Origin: Vicinamibacterales bacterium
Lineage (GTDB): Bacteria > Acidobacteriota > Vicinamibacteria > Vicinamibacterales > JAMQPK01
Assembly (NCBI GenBank): GCA_963850295.1
Contig: CAWKKU010000014.1
Location: 334,010-398,009, forward strand
Reading direction: 5' to 3'
DNA length: 64,000 nt
Positions 18,745 to 28,989 of the stretch are shown piece after piece (positions within the stretch are counted from its first letter, which is position 1; each line of letters opens with the position of its first letter). Under the pieces are notes generated by a model that was given only the letters and a program-made list of their open reading frames with translations, ran no database searches and was not told where the DNA came from. The position numbers were made by a program, and so were the translations under genes.

Positions 18745-20159
18745 AAGCGCTCTCCGACCACCGCATAGTCCAGGTGAGTGAACAGCAGGCTGTTGAGCTT
18801 CTTCATGTTTTCATTGATTGTAACGCTGCGGTCGATGTCGCCGTCGGCGAGCGTCACCGGCTGCAGCTTCGCTTCTTCCGGATATGGCGCCGTGTAGCGG
18901 ATGTCCACGCGCTGAAACCCGCTGGCGATGACGAGGTAGCGGAGCGTCTCGGGGTGGATCGGCCGCACGTGCGTGAGATCGCGGATATAACTCGAAAAGA
19001 ACGCATACCAGCAAGCCGCGTTGATCGTTTCGAGCACGATCTTCGCGCCCGGCCGGAGCTTGTGGTATGCCGTCTCGAGAAATTCCAGCAGATACGCGGG
19101 CTCGAGGTGCTCGACCACCTGCGCCGCAAAAAGGCCGCCCAGCGATGCATCGGGCTGGGCACGGAGATAGCTGAGGGCGTCGGAGGCCGTCGCATCGAGG
19201 CCCCGCTCCCGCGTCTTCTCCGCCATTTCCTCGTTGAGATCGATGCCGCGGGCGGTAATGCCCTTCTCGCGCAGGAGCTCGAGAAACTCGCCGCGGCCAC
19301 AGCCGACGTCGAGCACGTCGCGCGCTCCCTCGAAGAGGGGGACGTACGCGGCAAGACGGTCGGCAATCTCGTCTGGCGAGCCCCGGAAGTGGTCCTCGAA
19401 GCCGACGTACTTGTACGAATGAAGCTTGCGCTCGGCGGCACTCGCGTGCTCCAGTCGTCCATCGCCCGCGTCCGGTGGCGGCGCCCCGGTGTTTGCCGCA
19501 CCGTCGAACCGCTGCTCGACTTCGCGCTTCAACATCTGCACCGCCTGCTGCATGACGCCGAAGGTCGCGCGCACCTCGTCGACCTGTGTGGCGTGCCGGC
19601 GCTCCCGCGTGAGCATGGCCTCCCATCGCTGCTGCATTTCGTCGCTCAGCGTGCTCAGCGCAACGGCTAATCCGTGCTTCAGACCGGTCACGTGACGATC
19701 CTTCGTATCCACGTACGGGGTGATCTGCTGCGCCCACAAGATCAGCATCGTCTGAAAATCGAGGAGCCGGTTGTGCTCGTGCTGGAGCTCGGCAAGCATG
19801 GCTTCGAGCGTCTTCATCGTGGCGCGCTGGGTGGCGACGTTTCGATTCAGGTGATCGACCAGCGCCGAGTTGAAAGCCTGCTGACGCTCGAACAGGGGCG
19901 CCACCATGGCCCACGCGTGGGCACGTATGCGGCGCAGCCATCCGTGGCCCTCGTCCGGCTTCGAGGACATCAGCTCCCAGCGCTGATTCAACAACGCGAG
20001 CTGAGACTCGTCATACGCCGCCGGCGGCGCCGGCAACTCGCGCGGCGGGCGAATCGCCGCGTCGAGCGCGGTCAGCGCGTCGTTGTATCGCCGATCGGCG
20101 TCTTCGCGCTCGCGATCGAGCCGCTCACGCTCCTCGACACTGCCCTTCTCTTCAATCAT
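18741..20159 (-). CDS. Class I SAM methyltransferase with about 230-aa N-terminal predicted coiled-coil region
   Basis: The start is probably ATG 20159 (MIEEKGSVEERERLDREREDADRRYNDALTALD); 20198 is also possible. Long heptad-like charged region, then VLDVGCGRGEFLELLREKGITARGIDLNEEM...VVEHLEP...LRPGAKIVLETIN. Confidence 0.7.
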   Translation of the reverse strand: MIEEKGSVEERERLDREREDADRRYNDALTALDAAIRPPRELPAPPAAYDESQLALLNQRWELMSSKPDEGHGWLRRIRAHAWAMVAPLFERQQAFNSALVDHLNRNVATQRATMKTLEAMLAELQHEHNRLLDFQTMLILWAQQITPYVDTKDRHVTGLKHGLAVALSTLSDEMQQRWEAMLTRERRHATQVDEVRATFGVMQQAVQMLKREVEQRFDGAANTGAPPPDAGDGRLEHASAAERKLHSYKYVGFEDHFRGSPDEIADRLAAYVPLFEGARDVLDVGCGRGEFLELLREKGITARGIDLNEEMAEKTRERGLDATASDALSYLRAQPDASLGGLFAAQVVEHLEPAYLLEFLETAYHKLRPGAKIVLETINAACWYAFFSSYIRDLTHVRPIHPETLRYLVIASGFQRVDIRYTAPYPEEAKLQPVTLADGDIDRSVTINENMKKLNSLLFTHLDYAVVGERL

Positions 20160-21532
20160 TGAAATAACCTGGTGTGTCCGTCCAAAGGCCGGTGACATCG
20201 CGCGCGGAAAGTCTGGATGCCTCCAGCAGCTCGCGGGTGAACTCGACGCCGTCGCTTCGAAGATGCGGCGGCTGTCCCACCGCGGCGGCGGGCGCCACGC
20301 TCGCGAGGGCCGCTGTGATGGCGTTCTCGTAGGCAGGAATCATTCTGTCGATGCGAAAGCGTCGCGCCCACAATTCGCGCGCATTGGCACCAAGCCGCGC
20401 GCGCATACGGCCATCGCGAGCGAGTCTGCGCATGGCGAATGTCAGGAGCGCCGGCTCGTCGATCATCTCGACGCTCACCGAGACGGCACCATCCGAATTT
20501 CCGGCGCCAAGCACCGTCCAGTCACGAGGATTGATAACCGGCACGTCTGCCGTATGCACGAGATCGGTGACGATCGACGGCTTCCCCGCGGCAAGACAGC
20601 GCAGCCAGGATGCCGACGTCTCGCGTGAAGTCGGCCAACGCATGCAGAGGGTCACGTCCGACGCTTCCAGCACGTCGTCTACGGCGTCCTCTTGAAGATA
20701 GCCGAGTACCAGCACTTTATCCTCGACGCCGAGCCGCCGCGCCTCGGCACGCATGTCGTAGGTTGGCACCGGCTCTCCGGCCAGGAGCAGCCGCACCTCA
20801 GGCGCGCTCTCCGTGATCGCGGCCAGCGAGCGAATGGCTTCGCGGATGCGCTTCTCCGGCGTGACCTTTCCGAGGGCCGTGAATACAACCGCCTGCTCGT
20901 GAAGCCCGTACCGCGATCGAACGGCCTGCCGGGCGCCCTCCCGTGGAGCAAATTCCGGAACGCCCATCTCGATGACGTCGATTCGGGTGCGCCGGATACC
21001 GCTGGCGAAGCTGATCGGCCAGCCAGTGATTATGCACGACGACCGTACGGCTCGATTCGACGAGTGCGCGAAGCATCGGCCACAGATATGTGAGCGAGCC
21101 CAACAGGCCGGCCTCGCCGAGCTCGACCAGGCCGGAATCGGCGTCGGGATGGTTGTACTGGAACTCGGCGCGGTAGTCGTCGATCCGTTTACGCTGGAGG
21201 AGCATTCTGGCGCGCGCGTGATGGAGCTGCCCGTCGTGCAGCACCACAAGGCCGGGATACCGGAACGCGTACGCCCACATGTAATCGTGATACGGCGCAT
21301 TTCCGATCTGATAGACGACCAGGTCGTAAGGCGCGCGGCGGTGCCGCCAGATAAATTCATGCGCTGCGAACACCGCGGCAACGCCTGATGGACGGAGGCA
21401 GCTATCCGGCTCGGCATCGACGAAGACGTCGATGCTGTGCGGCGTGAAGAGCCGCGACAGGAGCGCCTCGCTGTACCAGGCGATACCCGACTTTGCGGGC
21501 CGCAGCGGTGTGAACCACGCGACGCGGGCCAT
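20152..21532 (-). pseudogene. GT4-type glycosyltransferase interrupted by one frameshift near 20980-21000
   Basis: The N-terminal domain is in the 20798..21532 frame (MARVAWFTPLRPAKSGIAWYSEALL...VVVHNHWLADQLRQRYP). The C-terminal domain is in the 20152..21417 frame (RIDVIEMGVPEF...VVFTALGKVTPEKRI...RLLLAGEPV...LCMRWPTSRETSASWLRCLAAGKPSIVTD). Confidence 0.7.
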
Positions 21533-23366
21533 CAGCCGCCGCTCGCAGTGCGCGGCACCCGCAATGCAGCTCCGGAATCGCCTACGTCTTCGATCGAGAC
21601 GTGCAGACGCTTCAAACGGCAGCCATGCGCCACGATGAGCTGCCCGAGCTCTTCCTCCCGCTCGACGCTCAACCGTCTGCAGCTTACGAGCACCGTATCG
21701 ACTTCACCCCTTTTCATCATCCGATCAGCTTTGCGAACCCGCCGAGCACCTGATAGCCATGAACCCGGGTCCGATGCTTGAGCGCGTCGTCGTCGATGTA
21801 GCCGAGCACGCGATACGGGACCGTGCTGGCGCTGACTTCCCGCATGGCGACCACAGCGGCTGCCCCGGCGCCGTAGATGACGAGCCGGTCGCCGATCTGC
21901 CGCCGCCGCGCAACGAACTCACTGATGAGCCGGAACGACGCTCTGGAAACACTCAACAGGACGAAACAGCAATGCCCCGTAAATCACGAAAACCGTTCGA
22001 GAGTAGGTGCGATTCGGGAACAGCACCAGAAGCGCGGCGATACTGGTGCCGACGAACACTCCTTTCCCGAACACGACTGTGTCGATCAGGCCGAACAGGC
22101 GCCACACGCCCCGGTACGCGCCGACGATGAAAAGGGCGACGAATTGCGACGCAATGACGATGGGCAAGGACGTCAGGAACTCGCGGAAGTGCCCTTCGAA
22201 TTCCGGTCCTTCGAACCGCAGGCGATACGCGGCGTAATACGCCATCGAGATGAGCGCCAGGTCCAGGAACACCTCGGCCACCCGGCGCTTGTACATGAAC
22301 GTCACCAGAAGCGGGGTGGCGCCTCTGCGACGCAGCGCGCTGAGATCCGCGCCGTCATAGACGCGTACGTTGCCGAGATATACGGTGAAGACCGCAAGCG
22401 GCAACATCACCGCGAGTATCAGCAGCACGGACCAGCTGGTGTCGAGGGAACGCGCGAAATAGCCGGTGAGCCCGGTGATTGCCGCCAGTGACCACAGGAC
22501 GGCCACGGCCCGCTGCTCCGATAGGCCCATGGCGACCAGCCGATGGGACGAATGATCGCGTCCGCCTGTCGAAGCGGCCCGGCCGGACAGCCAGCGGGAC
22601 AGCGTCACCAGCGTCGTGTCGAGTATGGGAATGACCATCACGAGGATCGGCGCCGAGATTACTGACAGCAACGACGGCTGTGTGGCGTGTCCCGGTTCGC
22701 TGCCGAGCCCCATCACGGCGAGACTGAAGCCGAGGAACAAGCTGCCTGTGTCGCCCATGAAGATGGACGCCGGATAGATGTTGTATAGCAGGAAGCCGGC
22801 AGCGGCCCCGATCAGCAGCGTCAGGATAGAGCCCCTGATAGAAGACAGAGCTATTCGGCGCCGCCGAGGGCAACCCAGCCAGGAATGCTGTGCCGGCGAT
22901 TATCGCGATACCGGCGCAGAGGCCGTCCATGTTGTCGAGCAGGTTGAACGCGTTCGTGATGCCGACCACCCACATGATCGTGAGCAGGCTGTCGAGCGTC
23001 ATCGACTCGACCCAGTACGAACCTGTGGCCGAACAGCAGGAGCAATGACGCCAGTACGATTTGTGCAATCAGTTTCGTCGCCGGCTTGAGCGACATCACG
23101 TCATCGATGAAGCCGACAGCGGCCATGAGCGCCGCACAGGCCACGAGCACGGCATGGTGACTGAATCCCCCCGCCAGGCCGATTCCGGCGATCACCGGAA
23201 CGGCGACGGCCACGCCGCCAAGGAAGGGGGTCGACTGCTGGTGCCATCGATCGATCCTGGGCTTCGCGACATACCCGAACCGCAATGCCACCCGGCGGCA
23301 GAGCGGAACCAGCGCGGCTGAGGCCGTCATCGCGCCCACGAACGCCACGAGGTATGCGGTCGTCAC
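21532..23366 (-). pseudogene. WecA/MraY-family polyprenyl-phosphate HexNAc-1-phosphate transferase fused to a PglF/WbaP-type membrane + CoA_binding_3-like module; 3-4 frame changes
   Basis: Five segments in five ORFs and alternating frames:
- 22851..23366: GYVAKPRIDRWHQQSTPFLGGVAV...VGFIDDVMSLKPATK.
- 22355..23068 frame: [26 protein letters not shown].
- 21919..22758 frame: [22 protein letters not shown], then 4 TM helices.
- 21717..21956: LVIYGAGAAAVVAMRE...YRVLGYIDDDALKHRTRVHGYQVLG.
- 21532..21720: VDTVLVSCRRLSVEREEELGQL.
The last junction is an ATGA overlap, so it could alternatively be a gene boundary. Confidence 0.7.
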
Positions 23367-23420
23367 CGAACCAACCCCCTTACGTGAGCGCGCGAATTTG
23401 CCCGGCCGGCGCCGTGATGC

Positions 23421-24215
23421 TCATGCAAGGCGCCAACCCCACTTGTTGAAATAGCGGACGGCGCTGGCGCAGAACAGCAGCGTTCCCCGATAGCTGCGAT
23501 GCGCATCACGCCGCCACTCGTGCAGCACCACAGCATCAGGGCAGTACACGGTCCGCCACCCCGACTGTTGCACTTGCCGCGACAGATCCGCGTCCTCGAG
23601 ATACAGGAAGAACCTGGCGTCGAACCCGCCCAGCGCCCTGACAATTTCGGTGCGGCACACCATGAACGCCCCGGACACGAACGGAACATCGTAGCTCTCG
23701 TCGTAGCCGCGGTCGAGCATGTCATAACGCCGCATGCGGTCGGCAAAATACCGTTGAAACGGCCGTGGCATGAAGCGCCGGAGAAACAGATCGGAGACCG
23801 TCGGGTGACGCTTGTTGAGCGGCTGCAGGCGTCCGTCTTCGAAGTGCACGCGCGGACACACGATCGCCACCTCTGGACGGCTGCGCAGGAAACCGATCAG
23901 CGTGTCCAGTGCACCCGGCGTCACCGTGATGTCCGGATTGCAGAAGACGTGATAGGTGGAGTTCACGAGCTGCAGGATGCGATTATTGCCCCGCGCGAAG
24001 CCCTCGTTGCGCGGGTTGGCGATGACGGACACACGCGAATCCTCTGCCGCAATCTGACGCACGGCCGCCAACGTGCCGTCTACCGAGCGGTTGTCGAGCA
24101 CCCAGATGTGCGCGGGTACATTCACGGGCAGTGACGCGAGCACGGACCGCAACGTCTTCTGGACGGTCCGCTCATGGTTGAAGGTCACGAGACCGATCGA
24201 CAACTGTTCGGTCAT
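23421..24215 (-). CDS. Glycosyltransferase family 2
   Basis: 264-aa intact ORF. IGLVTFNHERTVQKTLRSVLAS...VLDNRSVDGT...NEGFARGNN...EDADLSRQV. ATGA overlap with the upstream stop. Confidence 0.75.
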   Translation of the reverse strand: MTEQLSIGLVTFNHERTVQKTLRSVLASLPVNVPAHIWVLDNRSVDGTLAAVRQIAAEDSRVSVIANPRNEGFARGNNRILQLVNSTYHVFCNPDITVTPGALDTLIGFLRSRPEVAIVCPRVHFEDGRLQPLNKRHPTVSDLFLRRFMPRPFQRYFADRMRRYDMLDRGYDESYDVPFVSGAFMVCRTEIVRALGGFDARFFLYLEDADLSRQVQQSGWRTVYCPDAVVLHEWRRDAHRSYRGTLLFCASAVRYFNKWGWRLA

Positions 24216-24775
24216 GCGGCTCGAAAGAGCGCATAGACGCAGTACTGGCGGACGGCGGCCGACAGGGCGGCAGACCGAAACGGAATATGAAAGCTAGTTT
24301 GATGGCTGAAACCCTGCTGTCGCATGGTGCCGACCAGTTTCGGCTCGTCGTAATACATCTTGTGGTCGGAGTCCCACGCATACCCACGTTCGCCTGGTAC
24401 GCCGACGAGCACGACACCGTCAGGTTTCAAGACGCGGTGCGTCTCATCCAGCAGGCGGTGAGGATCGGCAAGGTGCTCCAGCACGTTGTCGAGAATCGCC
24501 GAGTCGAAGCTGTGACTGCGAAACGGAAGGCTGTCAGGCGCCATCAGAGCGACCTGCAACCCGCGGCGACGGCAATACTCTACCGTCTTGGGATTGACGT
24601 CGGCCCCGACGGTACGCGGACGAAATGCCAGCATGTCGCCGACGCCGCAGCCGATGTCGATGGCGTCGCCGTGCAGATGACGGCACAGTCGCGGATAGAG
24701 AAACCACCGTCGATACATCGCGGCGGCGCGACTGCGTCCTTTCAAATATTCGAAATATCGGTCGTGCTCACTCAC
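24212..24775 (-). CDS. Class I SAM-dependent methyltransferase
   Basis: 187 aa; GTG start in a GTGA overlap. AIDIGCGVGDMLAF...FDSAILDNVLEHLADP...LKPDGVVLVGVP. Confidence 0.75.
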   Translation of the reverse strand: MSEHDRYFEYLKGRSRAAAMYRRWFLYPRLCRHLHGDAIDIGCGVGDMLAFRPRTVGADVNPKTVEYCRRRGLQVALMAPDSLPFRSHSFDSAILDNVLEHLADPHRLLDETHRVLKPDGVVLVGVPGERGYAWDSDHKMYYDEPKLVGTMRQQGFSHQTSFHIPFRSAALSAAVRQYCVYALFRAA

Positions 24776-25851
24776 GACGTATGGCTCTCGAGCAACTCCA
24801 GGTACATTCGCGCGGCTGGCATCTGCCGAAACGAGTCGGGAAGGAGATTGCCGCGCTCCCCTGCCCTCGTGCGCGACCAGGACGCCGCATTCAACATCGC
24901 GGTGGCAAGCTCATTGTCGGAAGTGAACACCGACCCGTTGCAGCCCGGCTGGATGAGCTCGCGGTTGCCGTCGACGTCCCGCACCACGCAAGGCACGCCG
25001 AGATACAACGCCTCGAGCGCCGATCGCGAGATCCCTTCGGTGAACGACGGCAGCACGAGCGCGTCGGCTGCCGACACTGCGGCGCTCGGGTCGTCGACAT
25101 GTCCGTGGAAACGCACCGAATCGGGGACCGGCATCGAACGCGCCTTCTCTCGAAGGTCGTTCAACAGCGGCCCGTCGCCGTAGGCGTCGAGCCGTGCCGG
25201 AATGCCCTGCTCCTGAAGGCGGCGAATCGCGTCGAGCAGCAGCTGAGGGCGCTTGTTCGGCAGCATCGAACCGGTGAATACAAAACGTAATGGCCCGCTG
25301 TCCGGTCCCGGACCGCGGCGCGAGGCCAGCGCCGCTTCGTCAATGAAGTTGCCGATGACGGGACTCGGGCGGCCGATATGCGCCTCCACCTGTTCTGCCA
25401 TCGCGCGCGTCATCGAGACGACATGATCGAGCGGGCGAAGCATGCGGAGATGCCGATGCGCGAGCCATTTGCCTGCGCTGCCGTATTTCTCCGGGTAGAT
25501 GGCGGGCAGGTTGCCGCGCACGCTGGCGCACGTGACCGCCAGATCGCGGCAGCACCTGTTCACGGCATCGGCGGACAGACAGTAGGACACCGCCGCGATG
25601 TCGCGTTTCCCGCCCGCCCGCGCGAGCAGCCGTCGAGCGGCGACGACCCGGGACGGCCATGACCCGGAGGTCCATAGGGGAATCCGCTCGACCTGTTCGT
25701 CGAGCAGGCCGAACGCGTCACTGCTGGGTTTGACGGCGACGAAGGTGACCTGCCGTTCTCGCGCGAGCGCATTGGCGAGCGCGACGGCTCCTCGGATCGG
25801 ACTCGAGATTGTTCCCGTAGGTACGAAGATGAAGAAACGGCGGAGGGGCAT
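24772..25851 (-). CDS. Glycosyltransferase, GT4 family
   Basis: The likely start is ATG 25851 (MPLRRFFIFVPTGTISSPIRGAVALANALA), 1-nt overlap with the upstream TAA. C-terminal VLPSFTEGISRSALEALYLGVPCVVRDVDGNRELI. Confidence 0.75.
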   Translation of the reverse strand: MPLRRFFIFVPTGTISSPIRGAVALANALARERQVTFVAVKPSSDAFGLLDEQVERIPLWTSGSWPSRVVAARRLLARAGGKRDIAAVSYCLSADAVNRCCRDLAVTCASVRGNLPAIYPEKYGSAGKWLAHRHLRMLRPLDHVVSMTRAMAEQVEAHIGRPSPVIGNFIDEAALASRRGPGPDSGPLRFVFTGSMLPNKRPQLLLDAIRRLQEQGIPARLDAYGDGPLLNDLREKARSMPVPDSVRFHGHVDDPSAAVSAADALVLPSFTEGISRSALEALYLGVPCVVRDVDGNRELIQPGCNGSVFTSDNELATAMLNAASWSRTRAGERGNLLPDSFRQMPAARMYLELLESHTS

Positions 25852-26996
25852 TACGACGCCGCCAGCAGTGCGCGGGCGCGATGTTGCCAGGTGTGCTGCC
25901 GTTCGTATTGCGAATACGCTGAGCTGGCGAGGCGGCGGGACAATGCGGCATCGCTCAACAGACGGTCGATGGCGTCCCCCCACGCATCGACGGCGTCGGG
26001 CGGGACCAGAAGGGCATTGGCGTCGTGAGACAGCACCTCACGAAGAACGGGAAGATCGGACGACACGATCGGTACACCGGCCGCCATGTACTCGAACATC
26101 TTCATCGGCGACATCCAGCGCGCGGTGTCGTATCGGCCAACACCGATAGACACCTTCCTCTGGTAGGGCATCAGCAGCACGTCAACGCATTGCGCAAGCT
26201 GAAGCGCTGACTGATGCGGCAGATGTCCGACGAAGATGAGGTTGCGCCGGCGATTGCGGGCCCGCCTGACGGCAATCTCTGCTTCATCTCCGCCAGCGGC
26301 GAGAAACAACACGTTGGGCCGGCGCTCGGCAAGCGCTTCAATCAGCTCCACGCCGCGGCCCGCATACAGATGTCCGACATACCCGCAGACTCCGTCCCAG
26401 GCCTCGCGCGCCGCCGGAACCAGTTCCTGCAGCTGCGGCCGGCGGCGGTCCCATGGCACCGGCGTGATCCCCGCCGGCGCCGCGTCGTGCAGAACCTGCC
26501 GTCGCGAGGGAGCGACGCCGTGCTCGGTAGCCACGAATTCCAGCAACTGGTGCGAAATGCTGACGACCCGGATGCCGGGCTGGCGAAGTACTGCCCGTTG
26601 CATCGCTCCCCTTACTCCGGTCTCGATGTCGTGCAACTCGAATATCAGCGGCCGGCGTGCCAGGACGCCAAGGATGTACGCCGCGTACAGGTTGCGACTG
26701 ATGACGAGTTGGGGCCAACGGCCGCCCGCAAGCCGGCGCACGGCAAGCGCGGCAATCCTGAGACTCAACGCGCGAGGAGAACGTGTAAATGTGGTGACAA
26801 ATCGAATGCCGTCGGTCGAGGTGCCGTACTGCCGCTCGATTTCGGCGGGAAGATCGGTTTCCCGAGCGAGACTGCGGCACGCGTACAGCGTGACTGACGC
26901 GCCGGAGTCGGCTAACGCTCGCGTCTGCATGATCACGTGGACTGAATTCGCGCTTCTGGAGGGGAGAGTGGACGGCGAGATGTAGTGAACGTCCAC
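25851..26996 (-). CDS. Glycosyltransferase, GT4 family
   Basis: The proposed GTG start at 26996 overlaps the upstream TAG by 1 nt (TAGTG). VDVHYISPSTLPSRSANSVHVIMQTRALADSGASVTLY; C-terminal SPMKMFEYMAAGVPIVSSDLPVLREV. Confidence 0.7.
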   Translation of the reverse strand: MDVHYISPSTLPSRSANSVHVIMQTRALADSGASVTLYACRSLARETDLPAEIERQYGTSTDGIRFVTTFTRSPRALSLRIAALAVRRLAGGRWPQLVISRNLYAAYILGVLARRPLIFELHDIETGVRGAMQRAVLRQPGIRVVSISHQLLEFVATEHGVAPSRRQVLHDAAPAGITPVPWDRRRPQLQELVPAAREAWDGVCGYVGHLYAGRGVELIEALAERRPNVLFLAAGGDEAEIAVRRARNRRRNLIFVGHLPHQSALQLAQCVDVLLMPYQRKVSIGVGRYDTARWMSPMKMFEYMAAGVPIVSSDLPVLREVLSHDANALLVPPDAVDAWGDAIDRLLSDAALSRRLASSAYSQYERQHTWQHRARALLAAS

Positions 26997-28181
26997 TACG
27001 CGATTTCGGCCACGGATTGGGCGTGATGTCCAATGCCTGGATATGTGAGGAAGCCCCACGGCAGCGCCCGGCCGCCATTCAGGGCCACATCCATCCGCGC
27101 CAATGCCAGCAATCTGAAATAGGTGTCCCAGAGGTTCGACTCGTCCCAGCCGCGCCCGTCAGCGCTCCAGTGCGTGTGAATCTCGTCATGTTTGGGGCGC
27201 TGCAAGGTGAGCGCATAGCGAAGGCGCTCGACGAAAAGGGACGGACGGTTCCACGCCGACACGACCTGGTGACCAAACTTCTGAACATTCGCGATGGTGC
27301 GGGGACGCACGTACCTCGACTCGCAGAATCCCCCTTCTTCCCCCTGCTGATCGAAAATAGACGCCCGCGGTTCTCTCGAGCAGCGAGCGAACGCCGGCGT
27401 CCGGAACACTGCCGCCCGCCGTGAGCACGAACACAGCGTCGTAGTCGTAACAGCTGCCGCCCCCCGGATACGGTGCGAAATGTCCCGACGGATCGGCGAG
27501 TGTCGCCACAGCCTGCCTGGCTGCCGAAAGCCGCGGATTGTCGACCTCGAGATATTCGAAAATTTCGTACTGGTGATACCCGTTCTGGAACTGCAGGTGC
27601 GTCATTCCCTGATCGCGACCCCAGAACCCGAATCTGTTCATGTGCGCGAGATGCAACTCCACCCATGTGTCGAGGCCGGCGGCGGTATCGCCGAGGAATC
27701 GGCGGGCGTGAATCAGGACCACTGCGAGACACATTGCGAGGTTGCCGCTCTGGGGCCGGCCATGCAGCGCACCAACCTCGTCCAGGACAGCACGAACATC
27801 GACCGGCAGGATCGGCTGGATGAGGTCCTCGAGCGGATCCTCGTCGAGACTGCCGAGGGCCGACAGCGCGCTCAAGGTGAGCGTGAGAGCCTGCATGAGC
27901 GGTTTGTCCGTGATGGCTTGGCCGCCTCGCCGCTCGTGAAAATAGGACCGTAGATCGGCGCGAAGCTTCGACGCCAACAGGCCTCGATCGGCCGGCAACT
28001 GGTCGACACCACCGAGCAACGCCGCGGCAAGCACCGCTGTGGGGCGGGCAAACAAACTGGGTGTTCCCGAGTGGACCAGGGCAAAATCGCCTTGGCCGAT
28101 CTCAGACGCCCGGACGAACATCGCGGCCCGTTCGCGCGCGACATTCAGTCGTTCAGCGGTGAGGACAGTGCTGGGTGTCAC
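26996..28181 (-). pseudogene. Alpha/alpha-toroid (prenyltransferase / terpene-cyclase-repeat-like) protein, one frameshift near 27360-27385
   Basis: The N-terminal part is in the 27186..28316 frame (possible GTG start 28181, just after the upstream stop), containing ...QNGYHQYEIFEYL...HFAPYPGGGSCYDYDAVFVL. The C-terminal part is in the 26996..27409 frame (IFDQQGEEGGFCESRYVRP...DESNLWDTYFRLLALARM). The family assignment is tentative. Confidence 0.4.
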
Positions 28182-28191
28182 GGAGGAGCGA

Positions 28192-28986
28192 TCAACGTTT
28201 GAGGGCGACGACCCGGCAGCTGCCGAGAAACGGGTGCAGCAGTCGCGGCCATTCCGGATGCATGTACTTCGCTGACGTTGCGGCCTCGACGAGCTCACAA
28301 TCAGTGCGGTGCGCAATCGTCCGGCGCCACCACCTGGGCGTCTTCACGTCTTCGTCGCGACCCTGCGGCAAATAGCCATACAGGTTCCGATGCACGCGGC
28401 GTTTTGTGAGCAGCCATACGATTCCACCGTGCCGCCCTCTCGTCCGCAGCGGATACATCACGAGCAAATCGAGGAGCAATCGAGGATTGAGGAGATTTCC
28501 ATCCAGAATGAGCAGGAGCCCGCCCGGACGGATGACGCGAAGCTGCTCGGTAATCGCGAGGTCGCGATCGTAAACGTGCTCGAAAAACGACCGCGACATC
28601 ACCGCATCGAAGCTGGCGTCGGCGAATGGTAATCTGCACGCGTCGGCGGCAATGGCTCGCGCGCGCACATCGAAGTGGCGAGCCGCGTCAGACACGAGGG
28701 CGCACAGCCGCGGATCCATATCAACGCCGACCGTGTTGAATCCGCGGGCCGACAACTCGAGGACGCCGAAACCGGTCCCGCACGCCACATCCAGCACCTT
28801 CGCCCCCTCGCCGGAGTGCTGGCGAAGCAACTTCTCGACCATCGACACTTCACGGCGCCAGGTTTCAAGGTGCTCGCGCGCCTTGAGGAGCCGGCGCCGC
28901 AGTACCGCTGCCTTGGGATTTGCACGGTCGACCGGCCAGTCCCTGGACACCAGCAGCGCTTGATCGGCACTGCGGTTCAGGCCCAT
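28192..28986 (-). CDS. Class I SAM-dependent methyltransferase
   Basis: 264 aa. VLDVACGTGFGVLELSARGFNTVGVDMD...FDAVMSRSFFEHV...IRPGGLLLILDGN. Confidence 0.75.
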   Translation of the reverse strand: MGLNRSADQALLVSRDWPVDRANPKAAVLRRRLLKAREHLETWRREVSMVEKLLRQHSGEGAKVLDVACGTGFGVLELSARGFNTVGVDMDPRLCALVSDAARHFDVRARAIAADACRLPFADASFDAVMSRSFFEHVYDRDLAITEQLRVIRPGGLLLILDGNLLNPRLLLDLLVMYPLRTRGRHGGIVWLLTKRRVHRNLYGYLPQGRDEDVKTPRWWRRTIAHRTDCELVEAATSAKYMHPEWPRLLHPFLGSCRVVALKR

Positions 28987-28989
28987 CAG

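Noticed and set aside
21717-21720. An ATGA overlap between the 21717..21956 and 21532..21720 ORFs, which suggests two separately translated small genes.
   Set aside because: The two pieces together form one CoA_binding_3-like domain (LVIYGAG...LGYIDDD...VLG / VDTVLVS...). A 62-aa stand-alone product has no precedent that I know of. It is kept as part of the disrupted fusion gene, with the ambiguity noted.
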